Below, piece after piece: positions 37,956-48,048 of a stretch of DNA of 64,000 bases (positions are counted from its first letter, which is position 1; the number at the start of each line of letters is the position of its first letter). Made by a program: the position numbers and the translations under genes. This DNA is from Candidatus Krumholzibacteriota bacterium (lineage in GTDB: Bacteria > Krumholzibacteriota > Krumholzibacteriia > JAJRXK01): assembly GCA_963727455.1 (NCBI GenBank), contig CAVSGG010000005.1, forward strand, positions 192,001 to 256,000, in the 5' to 3' direction. The notes below the pieces were generated by a model, which saw only the letters and a list, made by a program, of their open reading frames with translations, did no database searches and had not been told where the DNA came from.

Positions 37956-39079
37956 GTGCGCGCTTCCTCATCGCAGCAGGTGGGACCGGAGGGCACGTGC
38001 AGCCCGCTCTGGCCGTGGCCAGGGAACTGGTGAATCAGAGTCCCACTGCGCGCGTACATTTTGTCGGCGGACGCCGCGGAATCGAGAACCAGCTGGTTCC
38101 CGCAGCCGGATTTCCCCTCACACGTCTCCCTGCGGCGGGCTTGCGAGGACTGGGCATTGCCGGCGCCCTGCGCTTTGCCTTCAGTTTCGGGGCGGCCTTC
38201 CTCTCAGCCATACCCTTGATTCTTCGCCTGCGACCCGCTGCCGTGCTCGCGACGGGGGGCTACGCCAGCGCGGCTCCCTCGGTCGCGGCCGCTCTCATGG
38301 GCAGACCCCTCTGGCTGCAGGAGCAGAACTCGGTACCCGGTTCGACGAATCGCTTCCTGTCCCGCTTTGCCGAGCGCGCCTATGTGGCATTCGAGCAGGG
38401 AGCAAAGTACCTCTCGCGCGCGAAGCGCGTCGAGGTGCTCCCCAATCCGGTACGTGCGGAGATTTTGCGGGCACGAGGAGAGCATGCGAGTGCCGAAGAC
38501 TACGAGAGCTTCGGATTGGATTCGACCGACAAACTGACTCTCCTCGTTTTCGGAGGAAGCCGTGGAGCCTCCCGCCTCAACGACGCGGTAGTGGGCGCAT
38601 GGCTCGCGCGAGCGGGTCGAGGGGGCTGGCAAGCGATCGTGCAAACTGGACGAGAGGACTTGGCCCGAGTGCAAAACGAACTCGAAGGTCTGGGGCAGAT
38701 CAGGCCCTTGGCCTACATCGAGGACATGGCCGCGGCATACCGCGTCGCGGATCTCGTGGTTTGCCGGGCTGGAGCGCTCACCCTTGCGGAGCTGGCGGCT
38801 GCCGGCAAGGCCGCGATCCTGGTGCCCTTCCCGTACGCGACCGATGACCACCAAAGCCACAATGCCGCCGCTTTCAGCCGGGTAAACGCGGCAAGAGTCG
38901 TGGCCGACGCGGACTTCGACGCATCGACGCTCAACGAACTACTCGACGAATTTCAAGAGAATCCAGCCGTGCTGGAGACGATGGGGGAGGCGGCGGCGAT
39001 GATCGCCGCTGGCAAGAATGGCGCTGCTGAACTCGCCGCCGCCTTGATCTCTCGTGCACGGGAAGGGGGGGGCGCATGA
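37952..39079 (+). CDS. murG: Lipid II GlcNAc transferase
   Basis: GGTGGH, GGY, EQNSVPG, GGSRGA, RAGALT. Confidence 0.96.
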   Translation: MSARFLIAAGGTGGHVQPALAVARELVNQSPTARVHFVGGRRGIENQLVPAAGFPLTRLPAAGLRGLGIAGALRFAFSFGAAFLSAIPLILRLRPAAVLATGGYASAAPSVAAALMGRPLWLQEQNSVPGSTNRFLSRFAERAYVAFEQGAKYLSRAKRVEVLPNPVRAEILRARGEHASAEDYESFGLDSTDKLTLLVFGGSRGASRLNDAVVGAWLARAGRGGWQAIVQTGREDLARVQNELEGLGQIRPLAYIEDMAAAYRVADLVVCRAGALTLAELAAAGKAAILVPFPYATDDHQSHNAAAFSRVNAARVVADADFDASTLNELLDEFQENPAVLETMGEAAAMIAAGKNGAAELAAALISRAREGGGA

Positions 39080-40515
39080 GCTGGACGGATCGTGGTCTTT
39101 TCGTGCGTCCCGGTGAGCGATCCGCCGCGTTCCGGCTCACCCGACGGATTCACTTCGTAGCCATCGGCGGAGTTGGCATGAGCGGGATTGCCGAGGTGTT
39201 GCTCCACTTGGGATTCGAGGTTTCCGGTAGCGACGTGCGGGAGGGCCCCCAGACCCAACGCCTGCAGGACATGGGTGCTCGGGTCTGGCTGGGTCACGAT
39301 GCCGCGCACGTAAACGAAGCGGACGTAGTGGTGTTTTCCTCCGCGGTGCCGCAGAGCAATCCCGAACTCGTGGAGGCTCGGCGTACGGGAATCCCCGTCA
39401 TCCGGCGTGCCGAGATGTTGGCGGAGTTGATGCGTTTGAAGCACGGAGTCGCCATTGCCGGCTCGCACGGAAAGACCACGACGAGCAGTCTCATCGCGAC
39501 GGTGCTTACCGAGGGAGGGCTCGATCCCACGGTGATCGTGGGGGGAAAGCTGTTGGCTTTGGGGGGCACGGCGATTCTGGGTGGAGGTGAATACCTGGTG
39601 GCGGAGGCTGACGAAAGCGACGGCACCTTCCTGCGCCTCGATCCCACCATCGCGGTCATCACCAATGTCGATCACGAACACATGGATCATTACGGAGACA
39701 TGGAGGCAGTGCGCAAGGCCTTCGTGGACTTCATGGATCGCGTTCCCTTCTACGGAAAAGTCATCGCCTGCAAAGACGATCCGGAACTTGCGGCTTTGCT
39801 GCCGCGCATCCGCTGGACCCCCTTCACTTACGGAAGTAGTGAGGACTGTGATCTTCGCGTGGTGCGTCAAGAGGGTAACGAGGCCGGCATGCAGTTGAGA
39901 TTCTGGCTGCACCAAAAAGAACTCGGCAGCTGTCAACTCCCGCTCTTCGGCGGGCACAATGCCATGAACGCCGCGGCCGCGGTCGCCACCGGGCTCGAGC
40001 TGGGTCTGGACTTCGAACAGATCTCCCGCGCTCTGGTGTGCTTCGGCGGAGTCGGCCGACGTTTGGAGCAGAAGGGGGAAGTAGGGGGAGTTCTGGTGGT
40101 GGACGACTACGGACACCATCCGACGGAGTTGGGCGTGACCATCCAGGCGCTCCGCGAGAGCTTCGACCGGCGATTGGTGGTCGTGTTCCAACCCCATCGT
40201 TACACCCGCACACGCGACCACCACGAGGCCTTCGCGCAAGTTCTCTCCGCGGCGGACGAGGTCGGCATCCTTCCGATCTACGAGGCGAGCGAGGAACCGA
40301 TCGAGGGCGTCGATAGCGAACTCATCGCTTCCAGGCTGGAGAGGGAGGGTGCGCGTCCGGTGAAGCGTCTGCAGTCCCTAGACGACGCCGTGGAGTGGGC
40401 GAAGCAGACGGCGCGTCCCGGTGACCTCTGGCTCACGCAAGGCGCGGGGGACATTACGCACCTGGCGGACCTTCTCATGCGCGCTCTGGCCGAGAGAAAC
40501 GAGGATGAGTCATGA
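39076..40515 (+). CDS. murC: UDP-MurNAc:L-Ala ligase
   Basis: IGGVGMSGIA, GSHGKTTT, EADESD, DDYGHHPTE, FQPHRYTR. Confidence 0.97.
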   Translation: MSWTDRGLFVRPGERSAAFRLTRRIHFVAIGGVGMSGIAEVLLHLGFEVSGSDVREGPQTQRLQDMGARVWLGHDAAHVNEADVVVFSSAVPQSNPELVEARRTGIPVIRRAEMLAELMRLKHGVAIAGSHGKTTTSSLIATVLTEGGLDPTVIVGGKLLALGGTAILGGGEYLVAEADESDGTFLRLDPTIAVITNVDHEHMDHYGDMEAVRKAFVDFMDRVPFYGKVIACKDDPELAALLPRIRWTPFTYGSSEDCDLRVVRQEGNEAGMQLRFWLHQKELGSCQLPLFGGHNAMNAAAAVATGLELGLDFEQISRALVCFGGVGRRLEQKGEVGGVLVVDDYGHHPTELGVTIQALRESFDRRLVVVFQPHRYTRTRDHHEAFAQVLSAADEVGILPIYEASEEPIEGVDSELIASRLEREGARPVKRLQSLDDAVEWAKQTARPGDLWLTQGAGDITHLADLLMRALAERNEDES

Positions 40516-41324
40516 CGAAGATCCGCTACGTGGGAACTCAGGATCGCGGCCTGCCCGGCGCACCCTCGGCACGGAGCCGGCGTACGTCTCCTAGAGCGCG
40601 CCGACACAAGAAGTCCCATGTGCGGCGCAAGTTGTTCTTGGCCTTCAGCGCGGCCGCGCTCGGGGGGATGCTCACACTCGGCTGCTTCTTGCGGGTGCAG
40701 TCGGTCAAGATTCAAGGTCATCTCGCCGCGGACCGGGAGCATCTCCGGACCGTTCTCTCGCAGTGCTTCGGAGAGCGCATGTATTTGCTGCCGAAGGACG
40801 AACTGCGCAAGCAACTCCTCGAAGATCCTTGGATCCGTGAGGTGAATTTCATTCCGCTTCCCACTGGAACTCTCCGAGTCGCGGTGGAGGAAGCACGCCC
40901 CGTCTTCTCACTGGAGAATGGTGGGGCAATCTGCGCCGACGGTAGGTACTTGCCTCCGCGGCGCGGTATCGATGTGTCCGGTCTACCCCGACTGAGGGCC
41001 CCACGTCGGGAGGGGACGACCGTACTGAGCAAGGCCACGCGTGAGCTTGTGCGGAAGCTCTGCGTGTCCTTGAACCGGACGCCGTGGACCTGGCCTTTGG
41101 GCCTCTCGTCGGTGGAGGTGGGGGAGAACGGAAGCGTTCGACTCCTCACCGGCGATGGAGTCGAGGTTGTGCTGGGGTCTGAAGGCTGGGACCGGCGTTT
41201 GACGGTATTGACCGCTTCGCTGCCCATGCTGCAGCCCGGTCCAGGGGACCGATTGGATCTTCGCTTCGAGAGGCAAGTCGTCGTGACCAATGCGGGAACG
41301 GCGAGGCGCCACATGGGAGGTTGA
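40512..41324 (+). CDS. ftsQ: Cell division protein FtsQ/DivIB
   Basis: TM, POTRA-like PWIREV...VEE, C-terminal DLRF; directly upstream of ftsA. Confidence 0.85.
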   Translation: MTKIRYVGTQDRGLPGAPSARSRRTSPRARRHKKSHVRRKLFLAFSAAALGGMLTLGCFLRVQSVKIQGHLAADREHLRTVLSQCFGERMYLLPKDELRKQLLEDPWIREVNFIPLPTGTLRVAVEEARPVFSLENGGAICADGRYLPPRRGIDVSGLPRLRAPRREGTTVLSKATRELVRKLCVSLNRTPWTWPLGLSSVEVGENGSVRLLTGDGVEVVLGSEGWDRRLTVLTASLPMLQPGPGDRLDLRFERQVVVTNAGTARRHMGG

Positions 41325-41325
41325 A

Positions 41326-42543
41326 ATGGACCAAGAACCTGTTCTCGCGGGTCTCGATTTGGGATCCACACGATTTCGTGCCGTGGTAGCCGAACCGGAC
41401 GGGAATGGAGGAGTGGCCATCTTGGGCCACGCCTCCGTTCCCAGCCGAGGCTTTACCCGCAGTGAACTCGTGGATCTGCCCGCGGCCGCGCTCGCGCTGC
41501 GCGGACTGTTGGACACCGCCTGCGACATCGCCGGCGTCATTCCGCAGTCCATCGCGGTCGGCGTGGGAGGATCTCACCTGCGCAGTGTCTCCTCCAGCGG
41601 CTCGATTTCGTTGGACGAATCCGGGGGACACGTGCGCGGTGAACATCTCGAACGGGTACGCCGGCGCGTCCAGGCCATGGGAATTCCCTTCGATCGCGTG
41701 ATACTCCACTGCCTCCCGGTGGAGTACACCCTGGACGGTCGGGGAGGGCTCCAGAATCCGGTGGGGATGATGGGCTCTCGTCTGCAGCTGGATGCTCACC
41801 TCATCACGGGGGAGCAGGCGGCAGTGCAGGCCATGGATCGCGTGGTCGAGATGGCGGGATATCGGGCGGATCCGCTGGTGTTCAACCCCTGCGCCACCGC
41901 CACCTATCTCATCTCCCAGGAAGAGCGCGAACAGGGCTGTCTGCTCATCGATATCGGGGGCGAGCTTACCCACTTTGCGCTGTACTGCCGGGGCAGATTG
42001 CGGCAGAGCGGGGTGGTGCCTCTGGGAGGAAATCATGTCACGAGAGACATTGCCTACGTTTTGGGTGTTGATCCCAAGGAGGCAGAGGTACTAAAAAGGA
42101 CAGCGGCCAGCGCCCTGCGCTCGAAGGTCCTACCCCACGGAGGCACCCCCACCGCCTCAACCGTCGATTCGCCGAGTGCTATCCGAAGCAGGGTGGCAGC
42201 GGTTTGTGAGCCCCGCCAGCAGGAGATCTTGGAGCATGTAGCCTCCGGCCTGCAGTGGGGTGTGACGCGGCCGGCCCTGGCAGCGGGGATCGTTCTCACC
42301 GGTGGTGGGAGCAGAATTCCCGGAACAGTGGAGCTCGCCGAGCAAGTTTTCGCGCTGAGAGCGGATCAAAGGCGAGCTCCCGGTGACGATCTCTCCCAGG
42401 AGCCGGACTCCTGGGCGACAGCGCTCGGTCTGAGCCGGAGAGCTCTACAACACGAACACTCCCTTCCTCTAGCCCCCATCTCTAGTCCCGGGGGAGGGAG
42501 ACTCTGGAGCAATTTCAAACGCATTCTCGACCGCATCGTGTGA
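41326..42543 (+). CDS. ftsA: Cell division protein FtsA
   Basis: [34 protein letters not shown]-terminal amphipathic helix. Confidence 0.93.
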   Translation: MDQEPVLAGLDLGSTRFRAVVAEPDGNGGVAILGHASVPSRGFTRSELVDLPAAALALRGLLDTACDIAGVIPQSIAVGVGGSHLRSVSSSGSISLDESGGHVRGEHLERVRRRVQAMGIPFDRVILHCLPVEYTLDGRGGLQNPVGMMGSRLQLDAHLITGEQAAVQAMDRVVEMAGYRADPLVFNPCATATYLISQEEREQGCLLIDIGGELTHFALYCRGRLRQSGVVPLGGNHVTRDIAYVLGVDPKEAEVLKRTAASALRSKVLPHGGTPTASTVDSPSAIRSRVAAVCEPRQQEILEHVASGLQWGVTRPALAAGIVLTGGGSRIPGTVELAEQVFALRADQRRAPGDDLSQEPDSWATALGLSRRALQHEHSLPLAPISSPGGGRLWSNFKRILDRIV

Positions 42544-42592
42544 GAGGGAACGCGTTTGTCCCCCACGACACGGTTTAAGCTGGAGGAATCCA

Positions 42593-43978
42593 ATGATGAT
42601 GTTCGAGTTCGAAGAGGAATACACGGATCAGGCTCAAATCCGAGTCGTGGGAGTTGGTGGAGCGGGAGGTAATGCCGTCAATGGAATGATGGCATCGGGT
42701 CTGCCTGGAGTGGAATTCGTCGCAATCAATACCGACGCGCAGGCTCTGCAGGAGAGCCAAGCCACGAACAAAGTGCAAATCGGAGCGAAGATCACCCGCG
42801 GTTTGGGATCGGGCGGGGATCCTCGCGTGGGCAGCAAAGCGGTGGAAGAAGACGAGAACACCGTCGCCGAGGTACTCACCGGCGCCGACATGGTGTTCGT
42901 CACCGCGGGGATGGGGGGAGGAACCGGTACCGGCGCGGCGCCGACGGTGGCGCGCATCGCTCGGGAACTGGGCGCGCTGGTGGTGGGCATCGTGACCATG
43001 CCCTTCACTTTCGAAGGGCGCCACCGCGGGCAGCAGGCTCACGAGGGATTCGAGGCGCTGAAGTCGCAGGTGGATACTCTGATTGCCATTCAGAACGACC
43101 GCCTGCTCAAGATCGTGCCCGCGAACACCCCACTCACCGACGCATTTCGGGTGGCGGACATGGTGCTCTACCACGCCACCAAGGGCATCAGTGACCTCAT
43201 CACGGTGCCCGGTCTGGTGAATCTCGACTTTGCCGACGTACGCAGCATCATGACGGGAATGGGCGACGCGATCATGGGCGCCGGGGTGGCCAAGGGTGAC
43301 ACCCGCGCTGCGGACGCGGCGACCGCGGCCATCTCCAGCCCCCTGCTCGACGAGGTGGACATCCGTGGGGCAAAGGGAGTCCTGGTCAACATCACGGGCG
43401 CCAGTGACATGACTCTGCACGAGGTGAGCGAGGCCACCAGCATCATCCAGGACGGTGTGGGCAGCGAGGCGAACCTCATCTTCGGAGCCGTCATCGATCC
43501 CAATGCGGGCGAGGAGATGCGGGTTACGGTCATCGCGACCGGTTTCGGCGACCCGGCCCGTCAGCCTCAGCGCGCCGGCATCGACATGAACATGGTTCGA
43601 CCCCTCACGCAGCCGGTACCTCTGCAGAAGGTGACGAGCCGCCAGAATCCGGCTGCTCCGGAGCCTCAACCCTTCGCACCTCCCCAGATGCCGGCGGCGC
43701 AACTCAATGTGGCGGGAATGCACGCGCAGACCCCTGCCCGGCCGATGGCGGAGAGCAGGCAGAGCAAACAACTCTCTCTGGAAGATGGTGCGAACGACTC
43801 GGTGGCGAACGAATCCACTCCGGCAGCGCGTCGCTCCATGTTCGAAGCCGAGAACACGCCGCCCCGTGCGCCCGCAGAGGAGCGCGAGGACGAGTCTCCG
43901 ATGAAGGGACGTTCAGCCAGGACGAGCCGCGGTGCCGACCTGGATATCCCAACCTTCATACGCAAGACCATGGACTGA
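42593..43978 (+). CDS. ftsZ: Cell division protein FtsZ
   Basis: [23 protein letters not shown]-terminal LDIPTFIRK. Confidence 0.99.
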   Translation: MMMFEFEEEYTDQAQIRVVGVGGAGGNAVNGMMASGLPGVEFVAINTDAQALQESQATNKVQIGAKITRGLGSGGDPRVGSKAVEEDENTVAEVLTGADMVFVTAGMGGGTGTGAAPTVARIARELGALVVGIVTMPFTFEGRHRGQQAHEGFEALKSQVDTLIAIQNDRLLKIVPANTPLTDAFRVADMVLYHATKGISDLITVPGLVNLDFADVRSIMTGMGDAIMGAGVAKGDTRAADAATAAISSPLLDEVDIRGAKGVLVNITGASDMTLHEVSEATSIIQDGVGSEANLIFGAVIDPNAGEEMRVTVIATGFGDPARQPQRAGIDMNMVRPLTQPVPLQKVTSRQNPAAPEPQPFAPPQMPAAQLNVAGMHAQTPARPMAESRQSKQLSLEDGANDSVANESTPAARRSMFEAENTPPRAPAEEREDESPMKGRSARTSRGADLDIPTFIRKTMD

Positions 43979-43998
43979 TCGCCGCGCGGAGGGTCTCG

Positions 43999-45663
43999 AT
44001 GTTTCGTTGGCTGTTTGGGGATACACCGCAACGTCATTACGAACAAGGAATGCGGCTCTACAACGGAGGCGACTACGAATCGTCCCTCGAGGCCTTCGAT
44101 CTCGCGCTCGATGGGCTGGTAGACGATTCGCATCCCTACTTCGCCCTGGCGCGATTCTATCGGGCGGAGGCGCAGGCCAAGATCGGCGCTCGCTTGCTTC
44201 GCGACGGAAGGGATCTCGATGCCCTGCGCTACCTCGATGCGGCCTTGATCGAGCAACCGGGCTACCCTGATTTGCACTTCCGCAAGGCAGTGGCACACTA
44301 CCGACAGGGAGATCCCAAGCAGGCCGAGGAATCGGCGCAAAGTTCGCTGAAGATCAATAGCGATCTTGCCGAGGCGAGAGTCTTGCTCTCGGTGATTCTG
44401 CGGGAGAGGGGAGAGGACGGGGCGGCGAATGCCGAGCTCGCAAGGGCCAGGGAGGCGGGGAAGCGGCGTCCGACCGCACTGACGCGCTTCCTCGAAGAAG
44501 GGCCGCAAGCCCCGGGTGCCAAGGAACTGTGGCAGCATCTCTTCGACGAAGAGAGCTTGAGGCGAAGAATCGACCGGGCGGAATCCCTCTATTTGGCGGG
44601 AGAGCTAAAGGCAAGCCGCCAAGCGATCGAGGCATTGCTACGGAGCTATCCGGACTATCCCGATCTGCGTTTCAAGCTGGCCTTGATTCTCTTCCGCGAG
44701 GGCGATTTAGCAGGCGCACTGGTTCACCTCGAACACGCGCTCACGGTTCATCCGGGATTCGCGGATGCTCTCGTGCTGTCCGCGGCGGTGCTTCTCCATC
44801 AGGGCGAAGTCGAACGAGCGCGGAAGCGTTACGTGCGAGCGCGCGAGGGCGCGGCTCTGCCTTCTCCTTTTGCCGATTACGGTCTTGCCCTGTGTCTCCA
44901 CCTCGAAGGGGACGAAGAAGCCTGCGACAAACTCCTCCGTCCGCTGCTGAGTCAGGGCGAAGTTCCGGTCGAGGTGCTGAATCTCCTCGCATGTACGCGC
45001 GCTCTGGAGGGTCAGACGGAGCTCGCACGGGCCGCCTACGCGGACCTACTACGCGACCAGCCTGGACCCCAAGCCGTACTCGACGCAGTGGCGTTTCACC
45101 TGCGGTCGAGTTCAATCGATACGGCGGAGAGCTGTCTGAATCAGCTAGGGCAAGACCCCATGGACCCGGCGGTCACTCTGGCTCGAGCCGAAATTCAGGT
45201 GGAGAAGGAACGGTTCGGGGCTGCCGCCGCCCTGCTCGACGACTACGAGAACGAGGCCGGTCTGCAGCCCGCACTGGCCGTGCTTCGCGCGCAGATTCAT
45301 CGCAGTCTGAAAGAGGAGTCCCGTGCGCTGCGCAAGCTGGAGGAAGTGTTGAAGCGGTGGCCTGAGAGCGCCGCGGCCCGAAGGGAGCGCGTGCGCATCT
45401 TGGCCGGGAGCGGACGTGTCGAGGAAGCGCTCGAAGAGCAGGAGCAGCTCAGGAATCTGCGGGCGGGTTCCCTCGCCGACGAGATCTGCCATCTTCAACT
45501 TCTGCGGCGCAAGGGCGAGGTCGCACAATGCGAGACCAGCGCGCGACGTCTCACGCAGCTCTATCCGCTCTCCCTCAGAGTGCGCAGCCAACAGCGCGAA
45601 CGCTGGCTGGGCCCTCTTTCCGCGGTGGATCCGGCTCCTCTCGGCGAATTGGTCCAGGCATAA
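43999..45663 (+). CDS. Tetratricopeptide repeat protein
   Basis: Many TPR motifs, including PGYPDLHF and PDYPDLRF; no signal peptide. Confidence 0.8.
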   Translation: MFRWLFGDTPQRHYEQGMRLYNGGDYESSLEAFDLALDGLVDDSHPYFALARFYRAEAQAKIGARLLRDGRDLDALRYLDAALIEQPGYPDLHFRKAVAHYRQGDPKQAEESAQSSLKINSDLAEARVLLSVILRERGEDGAANAELARAREAGKRRPTALTRFLEEGPQAPGAKELWQHLFDEESLRRRIDRAESLYLAGELKASRQAIEALLRSYPDYPDLRFKLALILFREGDLAGALVHLEHALTVHPGFADALVLSAAVLLHQGEVERARKRYVRAREGAALPSPFADYGLALCLHLEGDEEACDKLLRPLLSQGEVPVEVLNLLACTRALEGQTELARAAYADLLRDQPGPQAVLDAVAFHLRSSSIDTAESCLNQLGQDPMDPAVTLARAEIQVEKERFGAAAALLDDYENEAGLQPALAVLRAQIHRSLKEESRALRKLEEVLKRWPESAAARRERVRILAGSGRVEEALEEQEQLRNLRAGSLADEICHLQLLRRKGEVAQCETSARRLTQLYPLSLRVRSQQRERWLGPLSAVDPAPLGELVQA

Positions 45664-45726
45664 CTAAATTGTAGCGAATCTCGACTCGAATGAGGCTTCC
45701 CCCAGCCTGGACGGAGGAATTTGCGC

Positions 45727-46191
45727 ATGAAGAAGATCTTCATCTGCATGGTCCTAATCGCAGTTCTCATACCCGTATCCTCGGCAGCATCCGAACACCG
45801 ATCGTCATTCGGAGCCGGTATCATCTTGGGGGAACCCACCGGAGTTTCCATGAAGCTCTGGACCGGTGGTTCGACGGCAGTGCAGGGCGCTGTGGCCTGG
45901 TCCTTCACCGAGCACACCAATCTGCATTTGCATGCCGACTACATCTGGCACCGCTGGAACGTCATCAAGGTGGAAAAGGGCTCCCTGCCGCTGTATTTCG
46001 GCGTGGGCGGGCGCCTGCGTCTCCGCGACGAGGTCGACGATACCCTGGGGGTGCGCTTCCCGGTAGGCCTGGCCTATGAGTTTGCCGACGCACCGTTCGA
46101 TCTTTTCTTGGAGCTGGTCCCAGTTCTGGATCTGACCCCCAGCAGCGAATTCGATCTCAACGCCGCCCTCGGCGGACGATACTACTTTTGA
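45727..46191 (+). CDS. Small outer-membrane beta-barrel protein (DUF3996-like)
   Basis: Signal peptide, GIILGEPTG, alternating beta strands, terminal GGRYYF. Confidence 0.75.
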   Translation: MKKIFICMVLIAVLIPVSSAASEHRSSFGAGIILGEPTGVSMKLWTGGSTAVQGAVAWSFTEHTNLHLHADYIWHRWNVIKVEKGSLPLYFGVGGRLRLRDEVDDTLGVRFPVGLAYEFADAPFDLFLELVPVLDLTPSSEFDLNAALGGRYYF

Positions 46192-46239
46192 ACCCTCAAC
46201 AAAGTCGTCGAAGGACTCTCCCCCTTTGAGCATGAGAGC

Positions 46240-47970
46240 ATGAACCCAATACCGGACTTCGTAGCCGAGAAGCTCGCGCAGGAAACCTGGCTGGTTCCCG
46301 CGCCAAAGCGTCAGCCGAGCACGAAGGCGGCTCTGCTCGTGTGCTTCGCCAACACCTACGAAGTGGGAATGTCCAATCTGGGTTTCCAGTACATCTGGAG
46401 CGCGTGTCTGGACGGGATGGAGCTCGGGGTGGATCGCCTCTTTTTGGAGGTCGAGACCCCCGAGACTCCCCAGTCCTTCGAGACGCGCCGGCCTTTGGCC
46501 GAGCACCGTCTCAGCCTGTGGAGCATCTCCTTCGAGGAAGATTACTTCCATTTCGCGCGCATGCTGCGCGACGCGTCGCTTCCTTTGAGGGCAAGCGAAC
46601 GCGGGGAGGATGACACCTTCGTCCTGGTTGGCGGCCCCGCCGTGACCGCCAACCCCGAGTCCCTGGCTCTTTTGTGCGATGCGATCGTCATAGGGGACGG
46701 AGAGCCTTTCATGGAGGAGGCAACTCCTCTGCTGGAGGAATTCGCGGAGGGGCGCATCTCGCGCCGCGAGTTCGAGGACGCGCTCTCTGAGATCCAGGGA
46801 GTCTACTTGCCCCAGCGAGTGAGCTCGCCGACCCTCCACGAGCGTTCCGTGAAGGATCAGCGCGCACCGGAGCTGATCGTCAAACGCACCGAGACCGCCG
46901 AGGTGGTGGACGACCTGATCAGCTCGCGGGTCATCACCCCCAGCAGTGTCTTTTCCAACGTGATGATGGCGGAGATGACGCGCGGCTGCGGATGGGGCTG
47001 CCGCTTCTGCCTGGCCGGCTATTGGTACCGGCCCGTGCGTTTTTCCAACGCGGACGCGCTACTGAAGCGATTGGAAGAGACGGATCTGAAATCTGGAACG
47101 GTCGGATTGGTGGGGGCCTGTCTCGTCGATCATCCCGAGCTGGATCGAGTCACCCAGAGTCTGGTGGACAGGAACATCAAGTACACCACCAGCAGTCTGC
47201 GCCTCGAACTTCTCGACGAGAAGCGGGTGGACGGCATCGTGCGTGGTGGCATGCGCACCATCACGATCGCGCCCGAGGCCGGCACGGAGCGCCTGCGGCG
47301 CGTCATCCGCAAAACCATGAGCCACGAGGACATTCTGAACAGCGGCCGCACCCTGGCCGCCAAGGGAGTCCAGAAACTCAAACTCTACTTCATGATGGGT
47401 CTGCCCACCGAGAGCGACGAGGATATGGAGGGAATCGTCACTTTGACCCAAGATCTCAAGCGCGTTTTCGCCGAGGTCGGGCACCACCCGCGACTTTCCT
47501 TGAGTGTGAGTCCGCTGGTTCCAAAGCCCTGGACTGCATTCCAGTGGAAGGCGATGATCAGCAAGGAAGTCCACGAGCGACGCGCGAAAATCCTTTTGCG
47601 GGCACTCGATCGGATCTCCGGTGTAAGAGTGACGGTGGGTACACCCAAGGAAACCTACCGGCAGAGCATTCTCTCGCTGGGGGACCGAAGGGTGTCCGAA
47701 GCTCTGATCCGCTGGGCGGAGGGAACTTCACCCACCTGGAAAAGAGCTCTGAAGGACGCGCACGTCGACGTGGAGTGGCTGCTCTACGCCGAGAAGCCCG
47801 ACGAGTATCGTTTTCCCTGGGATTTCGTGAAGACCGCGGTCTCCCGGCGTTACCTGCTGAAGGAGTACCATCGCAGTTTCCGCGACGGGGAAGAACTGGG
47901 GGCGAAGGCCTGGGAGGAGCGGCAAACAGAACTGGCCGAACGCGAAACGGCCACACGTGCCAGCGCTTGA
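46240..47970 (+). CDS. Radical SAM protein with B12-binding-like N-terminus (TIGR03960-related)
   Basis: YEVGMSNLG, RGCGWGCRFC (CxxxCxxC), APEAGTERLR, KLYFMMGLPTE, PKPWTAFQ. Confidence 0.85.
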   Translation: MNPIPDFVAEKLAQETWLVPAPKRQPSTKAALLVCFANTYEVGMSNLGFQYIWSACLDGMELGVDRLFLEVETPETPQSFETRRPLAEHRLSLWSISFEEDYFHFARMLRDASLPLRASERGEDDTFVLVGGPAVTANPESLALLCDAIVIGDGEPFMEEATPLLEEFAEGRISRREFEDALSEIQGVYLPQRVSSPTLHERSVKDQRAPELIVKRTETAEVVDDLISSRVITPSSVFSNVMMAEMTRGCGWGCRFCLAGYWYRPVRFSNADALLKRLEETDLKSGTVGLVGACLVDHPELDRVTQSLVDRNIKYTTSSLRLELLDEKRVDGIVRGGMRTITIAPEAGTERLRRVIRKTMSHEDILNSGRTLAAKGVQKLKLYFMMGLPTESDEDMEGIVTLTQDLKRVFAEVGHHPRLSLSVSPLVPKPWTAFQWKAMISKEVHERRAKILLRALDRISGVRVTVGTPKETYRQSILSLGDRRVSEALIRWAEGTSPTWKRALKDAHVDVEWLLYAEKPDEYRFPWDFVKTAVSRRYLLKEYHRSFRDGEELGAKAWEERQTELAERETATRASA

Positions 47971-48048
47971 CGCGCGGCGCCCGGTGCGCTCAATTCGAAG
48001 CTCTCGAACTCTCGCCAGCTGTACCTTCATCGAGGTGAAGCGATCACC

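Noticed and set aside
39065-39072. G8 tract at the murG/murC junction as a phase-variation site
   Set aside because: The frame is intact and the run doubles as the RBS; G runs are common in this sequence.
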